Origin: an uncultured SAR86 cluster bacterium
Lineage (GTDB): Bacteria > Pseudomonadota > Gammaproteobacteria > Magnimaribacterales > AG-339-G14
Direction: 5' to 3'
Length of the DNA stretch: 53,432 bases
Assembly (NCBI GenBank): GCA_902528485.1
Contig: CABZTA010000003.1
Location: 1-53,432 of the forward strand
Made by a program: the position numbers and the translations under genes. Every line of letters begins with the position of its first letter. The first letter of the stretch is position 1. The notes beneath the pieces were generated by a model, which worked only from the letters and a program-made list of their open reading frames with translations, was not told the origin of the DNA and made no database searches. This document shows, in pieces, positions 29,179-38,366 of the stretch.

Positions 29179-31284
29179 TTATTCTTCGTTACTTTCTTCA
29201 GGTGGATTCACCGCTTTAATGCTTAGTTTGACTCTACCTCTATCATCAATGCCAATGACTTTGACGTCTACTTCTTCCCCTTCTACAAGATAGTCTGAAA
29301 CTTTCTCCACCCTCTCTTCCATTATTTCTGAAACATGAACTAAGCCTTCTTTACCACCATCAATTGAAACAAATGCTCCAAACTCAACAATTTTGACTAC
29401 CGTTCCGGTATAAATCTGACCTACTTCAGGATCGGCGACGATTTGATTAATGAGGTCTATGGCAGTTTGTCTAGATTCAGGTGAATCACCAAATATTTTG
29501 ATCTCGCCGTTATCATTGATATCTACATTTGAACCAGATTTCTCAGTAATGCTTTTAATTACTGATCCACCCTTTCCTATCACTTCTCTAATTTTATCTT
29601 TTGCAATAGTCATGCTCACGGCTTGAGGTGCATTTGGAGAAAGTTCTTCTCTTGGTGAATCTAATACAGAATTCATTTTTTCAAGAATATGAGTCCTTGC
29701 TGTCTGAGCTTTCTCAAGAGCTACCTCCATTATCTCTTCTGATATTCCTTTAACTTTTATATCCATTTGAAGAGCGGTTACACCATCTGCAGTTCCTGCA
29801 ACCTTAAAATCCATATCTCCCAGATGATCCTCATCTCCTAAAATATCAGTTATGACGCAGAAACTATCTCCATCAAGGACAAGTCCCATAGCTACTCCAG
29901 CTACAGCTTTCTTTATTGGAATTCCAGCATCCATCATTGATAAACTTGAAGAACAAACTGTTGCCATAGAGCTAGAGCCATTAGACTCAGTGATTTCAGA
30001 TACAACTCTTATTGTGTAAGGAAATTCTTCTTGAGACGGCAAAACTGCCTCCAGAGCTCTTCGGGCTAATTTTCCATGACCAATTTCTCTTCTTTTAGGA
30101 GCTCCTATAAAACCTGCCTCGCCAACCGAAAAGGGAGGAAAGTTATAATGAAGCATAAATGGATCATTTGTTGTGCCATCTAAGGCATCAATTAATTGAG
30201 CATCCCTAGACCCACCAAGTGTCGCTACACCAATTGATTGAGTCTCTCCTCTAGTAAATAGACAAGACCCATGAGATTTATTTAGAAAGCCAACTTCTAT
30301 ATCTATTGGTCTGACTGTATCCAGATCTCTTCCATCTATTCTTGAATCTCCATTAAGAAGTCTTGATCTTACAATTTCTGATTCTACTGATTTGAAATAT
30401 CCAGATACAACATTTTCGTCTTCCAATTCTTCATCATTCAAGCTCTCTTTCATCTTATCTCGAGCAAGGGAAACTGATTCCTGTCTTTTAGCCTTTTCTG
30501 GAATAGAATAAGCATCTACTAAGTCATCTTTTACAATATTTATAATTTTTTCTTTTAATTCAGAATTATCTTCCTTTAAGGAATATTCAATTTCAGGAAT
30601 GGAAGTTTTGGATGCAAGTTCCTCAATTAAAGCAATGGTTTTTTGCATTTCTTGATGAGCGAATAAAACAGCTCCAAGCATTTGATCCTCTGAAAGTTCT
30701 TTTGCTTCAGATTCAACCATTAAAATAGCATCTTTCGTTCCAGCAACAACCATATCCAACATTGATTTATCTTGGAATTCTTTGTCAGGATTAAGCACAT
30801 ATGATCCATCAACAAATCCGACTCTTGCTGCAGATATTGGACCCTCAAAAGGAAGGCCAGATATCGCTAAAGCAGCAGATGCTCCAATGAGAGAAATAAT
30901 CTCTGGACTTTCATTCTTATCTGCAGATAAAACAGTGCATATTACCTGTACTTCTTGAAAATAACCTTTCGGAAATAAAGGCCTCAAAGGTCTATCAATA
31001 AGCCTTGAAATAAGAGTTTCTTTTTCGGTTGGCCTTCCCTCTCTTCGAAAAAAACTGCCTGGAATCCTTCCTGCAGCATAATATTTTTCTGTGTAATTTA
31101 CTGTTAGTGGAAAAAAAGATTGGCCTTCTGGCTCTCTTCCTGCGACCACAGTTACAAGAACTTGATTATCGCCGGAAGAAGCAATTATCGACGCTGTAGC
31201 TTGTCGTGCTATTTTTCCTGTTTCTAATTTTATTTCTCTACCAGCTACATTTGTTGTAACTGACGCATAAGTCTCTTCAAACAT
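29179..31284 (-). CDS. pnp: polyribonucleotide nucleotidyltransferase (PNPase)
   Basis: 701 aa with two RNase PH domains followed by KH and S1 domains (the S1 block GTVVKIVEFGAFV). Confidence 0.97.
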   Translation of the reverse strand: MFEETYASVTTNVAGREIKLETGKIARQATASIIASSGDNQVLVTVVAGREPEGQSFFPLTVNYTEKYYAAGRIPGSFFRREGRPTEKETLISRLIDRPLRPLFPKGYFQEVQVICTVLSADKNESPEIISLIGASAALAISGLPFEGPISAARVGFVDGSYVLNPDKEFQDKSMLDMVVAGTKDAILMVESEAKELSEDQMLGAVLFAHQEMQKTIALIEELASKTSIPEIEYSLKEDNSELKEKIINIVKDDLVDAYSIPEKAKRQESVSLARDKMKESLNDEELEDENVVSGYFKSVESEIVRSRLLNGDSRIDGRDLDTVRPIDIEVGFLNKSHGSCLFTRGETQSIGVATLGGSRDAQLIDALDGTTNDPFMLHYNFPPFSVGEAGFIGAPKRREIGHGKLARRALEAVLPSQEEFPYTIRVVSEITESNGSSSMATVCSSSLSMMDAGIPIKKAVAGVAMGLVLDGDSFCVITDILGDEDHLGDMDFKVAGTADGVTALQMDIKVKGISEEIMEVALEKAQTARTHILEKMNSVLDSPREELSPNAPQAVSMTIAKDKIREVIGKGGSVIKSITEKSGSNVDINDNGEIKIFGDSPESRQTAIDLINQIVADPEVGQIYTGTVVKIVEFGAFVSIDGGKEGLVHVSEIMEERVEKVSDYLVEGEEVDVKVIGIDDRGRVKLSIKAVNPPEESNEE

Positions 31285-31304
31285 TTAATTTCCTATAATA
31301 ATCT

Positions 31305-31329
31305 GAACCTAAGTTACTTTCTTAGGTTC
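31305..31329 (-). promoter_or_regulatory. perfect 9-bp hairpin (GAACCTAAG-7 nt-CTTAGGTTC) spanning the rpsO stop codon in the rpsO-pnp junction
   Basis: Inverted repeat read directly from the sequence. The loop contains the rpsO TAA, and the 3' arm ends 20 nt before the pnp ATG. This is the position of the rpsO terminator and pnp-leader processing hairpin in E. coli. Confidence 0.5.
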
Positions 31330-31583
31330 AATGCTTCTAGAACAGAAGAATAAGCCGCAGAATCTTTTCCTTTGAGATAATCTAATAGTTTTCTCCTGGA
31401 ATTCACCATTCTTATAAGTCCCTGACGGGAGTGATGATCCTTTGTATGATCTTTAAAATGCTTTTGTAACGATTCAATGTTTGCTGTCAATAAAGCTATT
31501 TGAACCTGAGGTGAACCAGTATCTCCATTTGATACGGCAAATTTACTTACAATTCCATTTTTCTGTTCTGTTGTTAAACTCAA
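31314..31583 (-). CDS. rpsO: 30S ribosomal protein S15
   Basis: 89 aa with the [21 protein letters not shown] block. TTG start preceded by AGGAGG at a 5-nt spacing. Confidence 0.96.
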   Translation of the reverse strand: MSLTTEQKNGIVSKFAVSNGDTGSPQVQIALLTANIESLQKHFKDHTKDHHSRQGLIRMVNSRRKLLDYLKGKDSAAYSSVLEALNLRK

Positions 31584-31599
31584 TGAGTCCTCCTAGTTT

Positions 31600-32502
31600 T
31601 TAAGATAAAGATAGAAAGTTTTCTAGGAATCTTTTTGGTTTTAGAACACCTTTGTCATGTTCTACTAATCCAATGAATCCCCTTTTGGAATCCCTTAGCC
31701 TTAGAATAGTCGAGGAATCGTAACTTAAGTTAGATTCGACGAATTGGCCGTTTCTTAGTTTATCTACTATATCTGGCGCGCATTGTATCTCATTAAAGCA
31801 ATTAAGGGCATCATTTGGTGTAATTATTTTATTGGTAGGCAAATGAGTTTTTGGAAGTTTTATTGCATCTTTCACGTTAAAATTCCCTGATCTAGTTCTT
31901 CTAAGATCTTTCAAATATGTAGGACAATCAAAGAGTTCTCCAATATCTTCTGCTAAAGATCTAATGTAAGTTCCAGAACTGCAGGAAACTTCAATATTTA
32001 ATTCATTTTTCATTACGGATATAAGTTTTATAGAAGATATAAAAATTTCTCTTTCATCTTTATCTATTTTTATACCTTTTCTAGCATATTCATAAAGAGA
32101 TTTTCCTTTGTATTTTAGGGCTGAAAATGCTGGAGGTCTTTGATTTGATTTGCCTTCAAATTTTTTTATTCTCTTTTCTATCTCTTCGGTAGAAATATCC
32201 AAAAAGGAAAATCTTTTTGATTCAATTATTTCTCCCTCAGAATCGCCAGTATTGGTCTTTTGACCAAAGAATATCCATGCTTGATAAGTTTTTTCAGAAG
32301 AACTCAGATATGAAGCAAATCTAGTCATTTGATTGAGGCAAACTATCAACAATCCTGTCGCCATTGGATCTAAGGTTCCACAATGACCAATTTTTAGATT
32401 TGAATCTATCTTTGATAGTTTTCTTATGTGAGAAGCAGATGACTCAGCTTTTGGTTTGTCAATTTGAAGTACTCCATCAATCATAGATGTCCAGCTCATC
32501 AT
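31600..32502 (-). CDS. truB: tRNA pseudouridine-55 synthase
   Basis: Blocks GVLQIDKP and GHCGTLDPMATGLL (catalytic Asp). The start may instead be the internal Met at 32484. Confidence 0.93.
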   Translation of the reverse strand: MMSWTSMIDGVLQIDKPKAESSASHIRKLSKIDSNLKIGHCGTLDPMATGLLIVCLNQMTRFASYLSSSEKTYQAWIFFGQKTNTGDSEGEIIESKRFSFLDISTEEIEKRIKKFEGKSNQRPPAFSALKYKGKSLYEYARKGIKIDKDEREIFISSIKLISVMKNELNIEVSCSSGTYIRSLAEDIGELFDCPTYLKDLRRTRSGNFNVKDAIKLPKTHLPTNKIITPNDALNCFNEIQCAPDIVDKLRNGQFVESNLSYDSSTILRLRDSKRGFIGLVEHDKGVLKPKRFLENFLSLS

Positions 32503-32794
32503 AAATAAAAGTTAGACTCGGCACCCTTTTTAAAGATAAATTACTTGCAAGACTTGATCTTAAAAAACCTGACGCCTTTTTAAAGCCTTTCTCTAGCTCT
32601 GGTTGATTAGAAGAAGGTATAAGATTTCTATAAAAGATTTTTGCTATCTTCATATTGTCAGAAATCTCTACTCTCGTAATGACAGTATTTTCAATTCGTG
32701 GATCTTTTACCTGTGTTTGAACAAGGTTAGAAACTTCTCTAAAAATGAGATCTCCAACCCTATCAGATCTTTTGAATGAGTATTTGTTTGTCAA
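32477..32794 (-). CDS. rbfA: ribosome-binding factor A
   Basis: 105 aa with RSDRVGDLIFREVSNLV. Sits between infB and truB. Confidence 0.93.
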   Translation of the reverse strand: MTNKYSFKRSDRVGDLIFREVSNLVQTQVKDPRIENTVITRVEISDNMKIAKIFYRNLIPSSNQPELEKGFKKASGFLRSSLASNLSLKRVPSLTFIYDELDIYD

Positions 32795-35142
32795 GATTCA
32801 AGTTTTCTGGCTATTTCTTGTCTTTCGTACACTTCAATAACATCGCCAACTTTAGCATCAGTATAATTGGTAATACCTATTCCACATTCAGTTCCGCTTT
32901 TTACTTCTGAAGCTTCATCTTTAAATCTTCTTAAAGAGTCTAGTTTTCCTTCATGAATGACAATATTATCTCTTAAAACCCTGACTAGTTTGTTTGTCAT
33001 AATGCTTCCATCAGTAACCATTGAGCCTGCTATCAGGCCAAATTTTGGAGACTTGAATAATTCTTTAACTTCTGCAATACCAAGTTGTCTTTCTTTTATT
33101 TCAGGCTCTAAGGACCCCTCTATTAAAGTTTTAATTGAGTCTAGTAAATCGTAAATTATGCCAAAATACTTTATGTCTATTCCTTCACTTTCAGCGAGAT
33201 TAAGCGCGGTGGTATCGGCTCTTACATTGTAGCCAAAAATAGTTGCTTCAGATGCAATCGCTAAATTGACATCATTTTCAGTAATTGATCCAACTCCATC
33301 CAAAACAATCTTCAAGTTAACCTCCTCTATCTTCATATTTAGTACCGAGCCAGTTAAAGCTTCCAAAGTTCCGTTAGAGTCTGATTTTAGAATAAGATTG
33401 ATTGAAGGTTTGGTTCCATCAGCATTTGCAAATATATTTTCAGAATTTAGAGATCCCATCCTTGAGAGTCTTTTTTCTCTTTCTTTTGTGGCTCTTTCCT
33501 CTGACAAATTTTTAGCTGTTTTTTCATCTTTTAAAACATAAAACTGATCTCCAGCTGATGGGGGATATTCTAGGCCTGATACGGACACAGGAGAGGAAGG
33601 TTTTGCTTTTTTAATTGGTTTATCATTAAAATCTTTTAAGGCTCTAATTTTTCTGGTTTGATCACCTACTAAAATGAAGTCCCCAGTATTTAAACTCCCT
33701 TGCTGAATTAATAAAGTAGCAACTGCTCCCTCACCTCTTTTTACCCCAGACTCAAGAACTACTCCTGTTGCAGGACCTTCAAAAGAAGCTTTTAAGTCCA
33801 TGATTTCTGAAACCAAAAAAATTGTTTCAAGTAATTCTGGAATTCCTTCTCCCGACTGAGCTGATACAGGAACCATTTGTACATCTCCACCCCAGTCATC
33901 AGCAACGAGCTCTTCTTTAGCTAAGTCCCCTTTGATTTTATCTACATCAGCTTCTGGTTTATCTATTTTGTTAATTGCGACTACAATTTGAACTTCAGCT
34001 GCTTTGGCATGATTTATAGCTTCGACTGTTTGAGGTTGAACACCGTCATCAGCAGCAACAACCAAAATGACAATATCGGTTGAGTTTGCACCTCTAGCTC
34101 TCATTTTTGAAAATGCAGCGTGACCTGGCGTATCAATAAATGTGAGATTTTTATCCTCAATTGAAACTTGATAAGCACCTATACTTTGAGTGATACCACC
34201 TTCTTCTTTATCTGCTACAGATGAATTTCTTATGTAATCCAAAAGTGAAGTTTTCCCATGATCGACATGCCCTAGGACAGATACAATCGCATCTCTTCCG
34301 ATTTGCTCGCCTTCTTCAGCAAATCCCTCAAGCATTTTTTCTTCAGCTTCATTCTCTTGAATAGGATTACCTACATGACCTAGCTCAGTGGTAATAAGCA
34401 CTGCGGTCTCTTGATCAAGAGATTGATTCACCGTAGCCATAATTCCATTGTTCATAAGAGTTTTGATGAGATCTGAAGACTTCACGGAAAGTCCTTTAGA
34501 TAGTTCAGCTACAGAAATAGTTTCTGGAATTGATATTTCTTTTTGTACGAATTCAGCAGGCTTTTCAAATTTTTGAACTGAGGCAAGTTGAGATTCTAAG
34601 TACTTTTCACCTTCTTGCTCTTTTTTATCCAGTTTTGAATCTTTAGCGGGTTTCTTAAGATCTTTTCTTTGTGTTTTTGATGGTTTTTTTGCTGTGGAAA
34701 TTCCTTCGCTTTGTTTTGCTTGCTCCTGTTTTGTCTTCCTTATTACCTTGGTAGAAGAGTCTTTTATTCTTTTTTCTCTTTCCTCATCTTGAATCTTTTT
34801 TTCACTAGACGCCTGAACTCTCCTTTTTTCAGCAGTTTCAAAATCAATTGTTCCAGATAAATCCCCTGATGAACTTTTTTCTTTAGAAGATTGATTGTCA
34901 GACTTAAACCTTGTGATAGAAATTTGTCCTTCATCATTTTTGATCTCTGTTTTTCTCTTTGCAATGGAAATGGTTTTTTTTGTTCCTTTTTTTGTGCTCT
35001 TGATGTGTTCGAGAATTTTTTTTCTATCTTCCGTAGAAATATTATCGTTTGGAGACAATTGGGATAGACCTGCCTGATTTATTGCTTCTAACAATAAATC
35101 TACTTCGTATCCGATGACTTTTGCTAAATCACTTACATCCAT
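32791..35142 (-). CDS. infB: translation initiation factor IF-2
   Basis: 783 aa. A charged Lys/Glu-rich N-terminal region precedes the GTPase domain (VLGHVDHGKTSLLD, DTPGH, NKID). Confidence 0.97.
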   Translation of the reverse strand: MDVSDLAKVIGYEVDLLLEAINQAGLSQLSPNDNISTEDRKKILEHIKSTKKGTKKTISIAKRKTEIKNDEGQISITRFKSDNQSSKEKSSSGDLSGTIDFETAEKRRVQASSEKKIQDEEREKRIKDSSTKVIRKTKQEQAKQSEGISTAKKPSKTQRKDLKKPAKDSKLDKKEQEGEKYLESQLASVQKFEKPAEFVQKEISIPETISVAELSKGLSVKSSDLIKTLMNNGIMATVNQSLDQETAVLITTELGHVGNPIQENEAEEKMLEGFAEEGEQIGRDAIVSVLGHVDHGKTSLLDYIRNSSVADKEEGGITQSIGAYQVSIEDKNLTFIDTPGHAAFSKMRARGANSTDIVILVVAADDGVQPQTVEAINHAKAAEVQIVVAINKIDKPEADVDKIKGDLAKEELVADDWGGDVQMVPVSAQSGEGIPELLETIFLVSEIMDLKASFEGPATGVVLESGVKRGEGAVATLLIQQGSLNTGDFILVGDQTRKIRALKDFNDKPIKKAKPSSPVSVSGLEYPPSAGDQFYVLKDEKTAKNLSEERATKEREKRLSRMGSLNSENIFANADGTKPSINLILKSDSNGTLEALTGSVLNMKIEEVNLKIVLDGVGSITENDVNLAIASEATIFGYNVRADTTALNLAESEGIDIKYFGIIYDLLDSIKTLIEGSLEPEIKERQLGIAEVKELFKSPKFGLIAGSMVTDGSIMTNKLVRVLRDNIVIHEGKLDSLRRFKDEASEVKSGTECGIGITNYTDAKVGDVIEVYERQEIARKLES

Positions 35143-35148
35143 ATTTTT

Positions 35149-36609
35149 TTATTCCTCAAACCAATCAGATCTTGCGTTCATGATAATTTTTGCAGCTAGT
35201 TCTTCATCTATTTTGATTATTTCTACTAATTCATCAACAGACAGATCAGCGAGTTCGTCTTTGCTAGATAAGTTTTCTGATAATACTTTTGAAATTTCTT
35301 CATCAACATCGTCTAATGAGTTGAAGTCAAATGCTTCTTCCATATCTGTGAGAGCTATTTCAATCAATGCATCGGAGGCTCTTTCGATTAGTGTTTCAGC
35401 AATTTCTTCATTAATTTCATCTATTTCGCAAAGTTTGGATATTTCTGCTTCTGCAATCGAGTTTACAGATTCGAAACCATTGGAAATTAATATCTCTGAA
35501 ATGGAAGTATCAATATCCAAATATTTTTCAAGAATATTTGAGGCATGATCAGACTCAGAAGATTCTTTATCTTCATTTTCTCCTCTTATCTGAATATCCC
35601 AGCCTATAAGTTCTGATGAAAGTCTTATATTCTGTCCATTTCTTCCTATAGCTTGAGCCAAGCTTTCATCCTTGACCTGAACCTCCATTTTATCTGAGTC
35701 TTCATCTAATACTATTGAAGTAACCTCAGCTGGAGATAAAGTATTTATAAGTAATTTTGCTGGATCATCCTCCCAAACAATAATATCAATTCTCTCGTTA
35801 CCTAATTCATTTGATACTGCTTGCACTCTTGCGCCTCTCATTCCCACACATGCCCCCACAGGATCAATTCTTGTATCGTTTGTTTTAACAGCAATTTTCG
35901 ATCTTCCGCCGGCCTCCCTCGCCACAGCTCTTATCTGGACTACTTCTTCAGCCACCTCAGGAACCTCAAGCTTAAATAATTCAACTAGCATTTCTTTTGA
36001 GCCTCGAGATAAAGTTAACTGCGATCCCCTATTTTCACGAACTGTTTCTTCAAGAATGGCTCTAACCCTGTCCCCAATGCGATATATCTCTCCCTGAATT
36101 AAATCTGATCTAGGAAGAATTGCATCAGCACCTTCTCCAAGATCAACAATGATCGTTTCTCTGGTAACTTTCTTTACTGTCCCTGTAACTAGTTGACCTA
36201 AGGAGGATCTGAATTTTTTGATTGTTTCAAGTCTCTCAGCATCTCTAACTTTTTGAACAATGACTTGTTTAGCTATTTGGGCAGCAATTCTTCCAAACTC
36301 GACATTTTCAATTTTTTCTTTCACTAATTCACCAAGGGAAAGGTTTTTTTCCTCTGCATCATCGCTATCTATGAGAATGTGCATTTCAGGAGTCTCATAA
36401 TCATCAACCTCTACTACCTCCCAGCATCTGAAAGTTTCATAATCTCCTGTCTGCTGATCTATATCTACCCGTATATCTACCTCATCTGCATATTTTTTCT
36501 TAGCAGCGCTAGCCAAAGCAGTTTCAATCGCTTCAAAAATAGTATCTTTTGGTAGATCTTTTTCGTTCGAAACTGATTCTGCAACCATTAATATTTCTTC
36601 ATTATTCAT
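35149..36609 (-). CDS. nusA: transcription termination/antitermination factor NusA
   Basis: I prefer ATG 36609 (MNNEEILMVAESVSNEK, matching the E. coli NusA N-terminus) over the track's 36642. S1 and KH domains are followed by acidic C-terminal repeats. Confidence 0.95.
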   Translation of the reverse strand: MNNEEILMVAESVSNEKDLPKDTIFEAIETALASAAKKKYADEVDIRVDIDQQTGDYETFRCWEVVEVDDYETPEMHILIDSDDAEEKNLSLGELVKEKIENVEFGRIAAQIAKQVIVQKVRDAERLETIKKFRSSLGQLVTGTVKKVTRETIIVDLGEGADAILPRSDLIQGEIYRIGDRVRAILEETVRENRGSQLTLSRGSKEMLVELFKLEVPEVAEEVVQIRAVAREAGGRSKIAVKTNDTRIDPVGACVGMRGARVQAVSNELGNERIDIIVWEDDPAKLLINTLSPAEVTSIVLDEDSDKMEVQVKDESLAQAIGRNGQNIRLSSELIGWDIQIRGENEDKESSESDHASNILEKYLDIDTSISEILISNGFESVNSIAEAEISKLCEIDEINEEIAETLIERASDALIEIALTDMEEAFDFNSLDDVDEEISKVLSENLSSKDELADLSVDELVEIIKIDEELAAKIIMNARSDWFEE

Positions 36610-37066
36610 TTGATACCTCGAAAATTGGTTCAAGTCTTGCAACTATGATTTTGTCAAAGTAAATAAAAAATTCATTTTCATCTTTTAAAAAAATTCCTTC
36701 CTCATTAGCACTAAGCAAAAGAGCAACTTTGGTAACTTTTTTGTTTCCATCATAAAATTTAACTTTAATTTCATGTCCAATAAATTCGTGAAATTGCTCT
36801 AATTTAAAGAATTTTCTATCTAACCCTGGTGAAGATACTTCTAAAGTATAATCAAATGATACAAGCTCTATATTGGTGAGCAATTCATTCACCTGATTGC
36901 TTACTTTCTGACAATCGTCTATACCAACGCCGTTTTTTTTATCAATATAAATCCTTATTAATTTTGATCTTGAATTACCTGATAATTCAATTCCCCAAAG
37001 AGAAATACCAAAGGATTCAATATCTTTTGTAATGTTTATTTCTAACTTTTCTATCGTACTTGTCAT
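36602..37066 (-). CDS. rimP: ribosome maturation factor RimP
   Basis: 154 aa with the LEVSSPGLDRKF block. Sits between metY and nusA as in E. coli. Confidence 0.9.
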   Translation of the reverse strand: MTSTIEKLEINITKDIESFGISLWGIELSGNSRSKLIRIYIDKKNGVGIDDCQKVSNQVNELLTNIELVSFDYTLEVSSPGLDRKFFKLEQFHEFIGHEIKVKFYDGNKKVTKVALLLSANEEGIFLKDENEFFIYFDKIIVARLEPIFEVSNE

Positions 37067-37104
37067 AACTACATATAAAAGAAGCCCATAAAGGGCCCAA
37101 AAAA

Positions 37105-37181
<77 letters not shown>

Positions 37182-37199
37182 ATATTCTTAAACTGCGCG

Positions 37200-37228
37200 A
37201 GTATAGGTTTTTAAAGCTTGTTTTTCAA
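37200..37228 (-). promoter_or_regulatory. candidate sigma70 promoter for metY (TTGAAA, 17-nt spacer, TATACT) with a GC-rich discriminator CGCGC
   Basis: On the minus strand the -35 is at 37228-37223 and the -10 at 37205-37200, followed by CGCGCAG. This is the stable-RNA, stringently controlled promoter architecture. Pattern match only. Confidence 0.45.
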
Positions 37229-37234
37229 GTAAAT

Positions 37235-37321
37235 TGGTGCCGAAGAGAGGATTCGAACCTCCACGGACAGTTGTCCACTACCCCCTCAAGATAGCGTGTC
37301 TACCAGTTCCACCACTTCGGC
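37235..37321 (-). tRNA. leuU: tRNA-Leu (anticodon GAG), class II with long variable arm
   Basis: The reverse complement reads GCCGAAGTGGTGGAACTGGTAGACACGCTATCTTGAGGGGGTAGTGGACAACTGTCCGTGGAGGTTCGAATCCTCTCTTCGGCACCA. It starts 2 nt after the secG stop, matching the secG-leuU arrangement of E. coli. Confidence 0.92.
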
Positions 37322-37323
37322 CC

Positions 37324-37638
37324 TTATTCTGGTAATTCCTGAATAATTTCTTCTTCAAGTTGTTCAACATTATTTTGATCTATTAGAAAGTCAAATTCAT
37401 TATTTATTTCATTTTTTTGAACTATTGATATAGAAATAGTTACAACAAAGAATATAACTACTAAAACCCAAGTAACTTTTGTCAATAAATTAGTTGAATC
37501 AATAGGACCAAGCATTGGATTTGAAGAACCGGAACCAAATGCAGAGCCAATATCGGCTCCTTTTCCATGCTGCAACAAAATTATTCCAACCAATAATATG
37601 GCGGATATAACTTGGAATATGATCAAAAAAAGAATCAT
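37324..37638 (-). CDS. secG: preprotein translocase subunit SecG
   Basis: 104 aa with two TM segments and the LLQHGKGADIGSAFGSGSS block. Confidence 0.93.
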   Translation of the reverse strand: MILFLIIFQVISAILLVGIILLQHGKGADIGSAFGSGSSNPMLGPIDSTNLLTKVTWVLVVIFFVVTISISIVQKNEINNEFDFLIDQNNVEQLEEEIIQELPE

Positions 37639-38366
37639 CGCTCTAAACTCAGCGCGATATTAGCAAATTCTTTAGGGTCAAGAGAAGCATTTCCTACTAA
37701 AAATCCATCTATACCATCTACTTTGGCAAGATTCTTAGCACTCTCTGAAGTTACGCTGCCCCCATAAATCAATGTAAAATCTGTTCCTAAATTTTCTCTA
37801 ACTAAATCTTTTATAAGAAGAGAAACCTCTTCTAAATGCTCGTTTTGGACAGCTATTCCAGAACCAATAGCGTAAATAGGCTCGTAAGCAATCAAAATAT
37901 TATTTGATAAGTTTTGAAGAGGAAACAAATTTTCAGTCAACTGATGTTTTATTTTTTTTTCTGTTCTGCCTTTGGAATATTCATGCTGATCTTCACCAAT
38001 GCATAAAATAGGTATTAGATCACAATGAAAGGCTGTTTGTAGTTTATTCAGGATAGTTTCATCGTCTTCGCCTTGAAGTCTGCTTTCAGAGTGGCCTACT
38101 ATTGAGTAAGAAACTCCAATATTTTTGAGCATTTTTCCTGATATTTGACCAGTAAATGCTCCCTCAGTCTCTGAAGATAAATTTTGAGCTCCTATTGAAA
38201 TTTTTTCGCGAGTCTTCGACGTTGTTTTATAAAAATCTTTTATATCCAAATAGTTAGGGCAAATTACTACTTGAATTTCTTCTGCGATATTGTTCAGATC
38301 AAAATCTTTCAGCCATGCGTCGAGATTAACAAAATTCATTTTCCAATTTGCAATCAAATGCTTCAT
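37635..38366 (-). CDS. tpiA: triosephosphate isomerase
   Basis: Blocks IANWKMN, VGHSESR and AYEPIYAIGSG. Order glmM-tpiA-secG as in Pseudomonas. Confidence 0.95.
   Translation of the reverse strand: MKHLIANWKMNFVNLDAWLKDFDLNNIAEEIQVVICPNYLDIKDFYKTTSKTREKISIGAQNLSSETEGAFTGQISGKMLKNIGVSYSIVGHSESRLQGEDDETILNKLQTAFHCDLIPILCIGEDQHEYSKGRTEKKIKHQLTENLFPLQNLSNNILIAYEPIYAIGSGIAVQNEHLEEVSLLIKDLVRENLGTDFTLIYGGSVTSESAKNLAKVDGIDGFLVGNASLDPKEFANIALSLER

Noticed and set aside
35114-35548. 144-aa Ser-rich plus-strand ORF across the infB/nusA junction
   Set aside because: It lies antisense to the acidic C-terminus of nusA, whose GAA/GAT-rich codons read as Ser/Ile in antisense. It is a low-complexity artefact.
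36610-36642. 11-codon N-terminal extension of nusA in the ORF track
   Set aside because: The internal Met gives MNNEEILMVAESVSNEK, which matches the canonical NusA N-terminus and reduces the overlap with rimP to 8 nt.
37084-37096. GCCC-ATAAA-GGGC hairpin between metY and rimP, considered as the metY-rimP attenuator known from E. coli
   Set aside because: The stem is only 4 bp, followed by a modest U-rich stretch. That is too weak to call from sequence alone, although the position is right.
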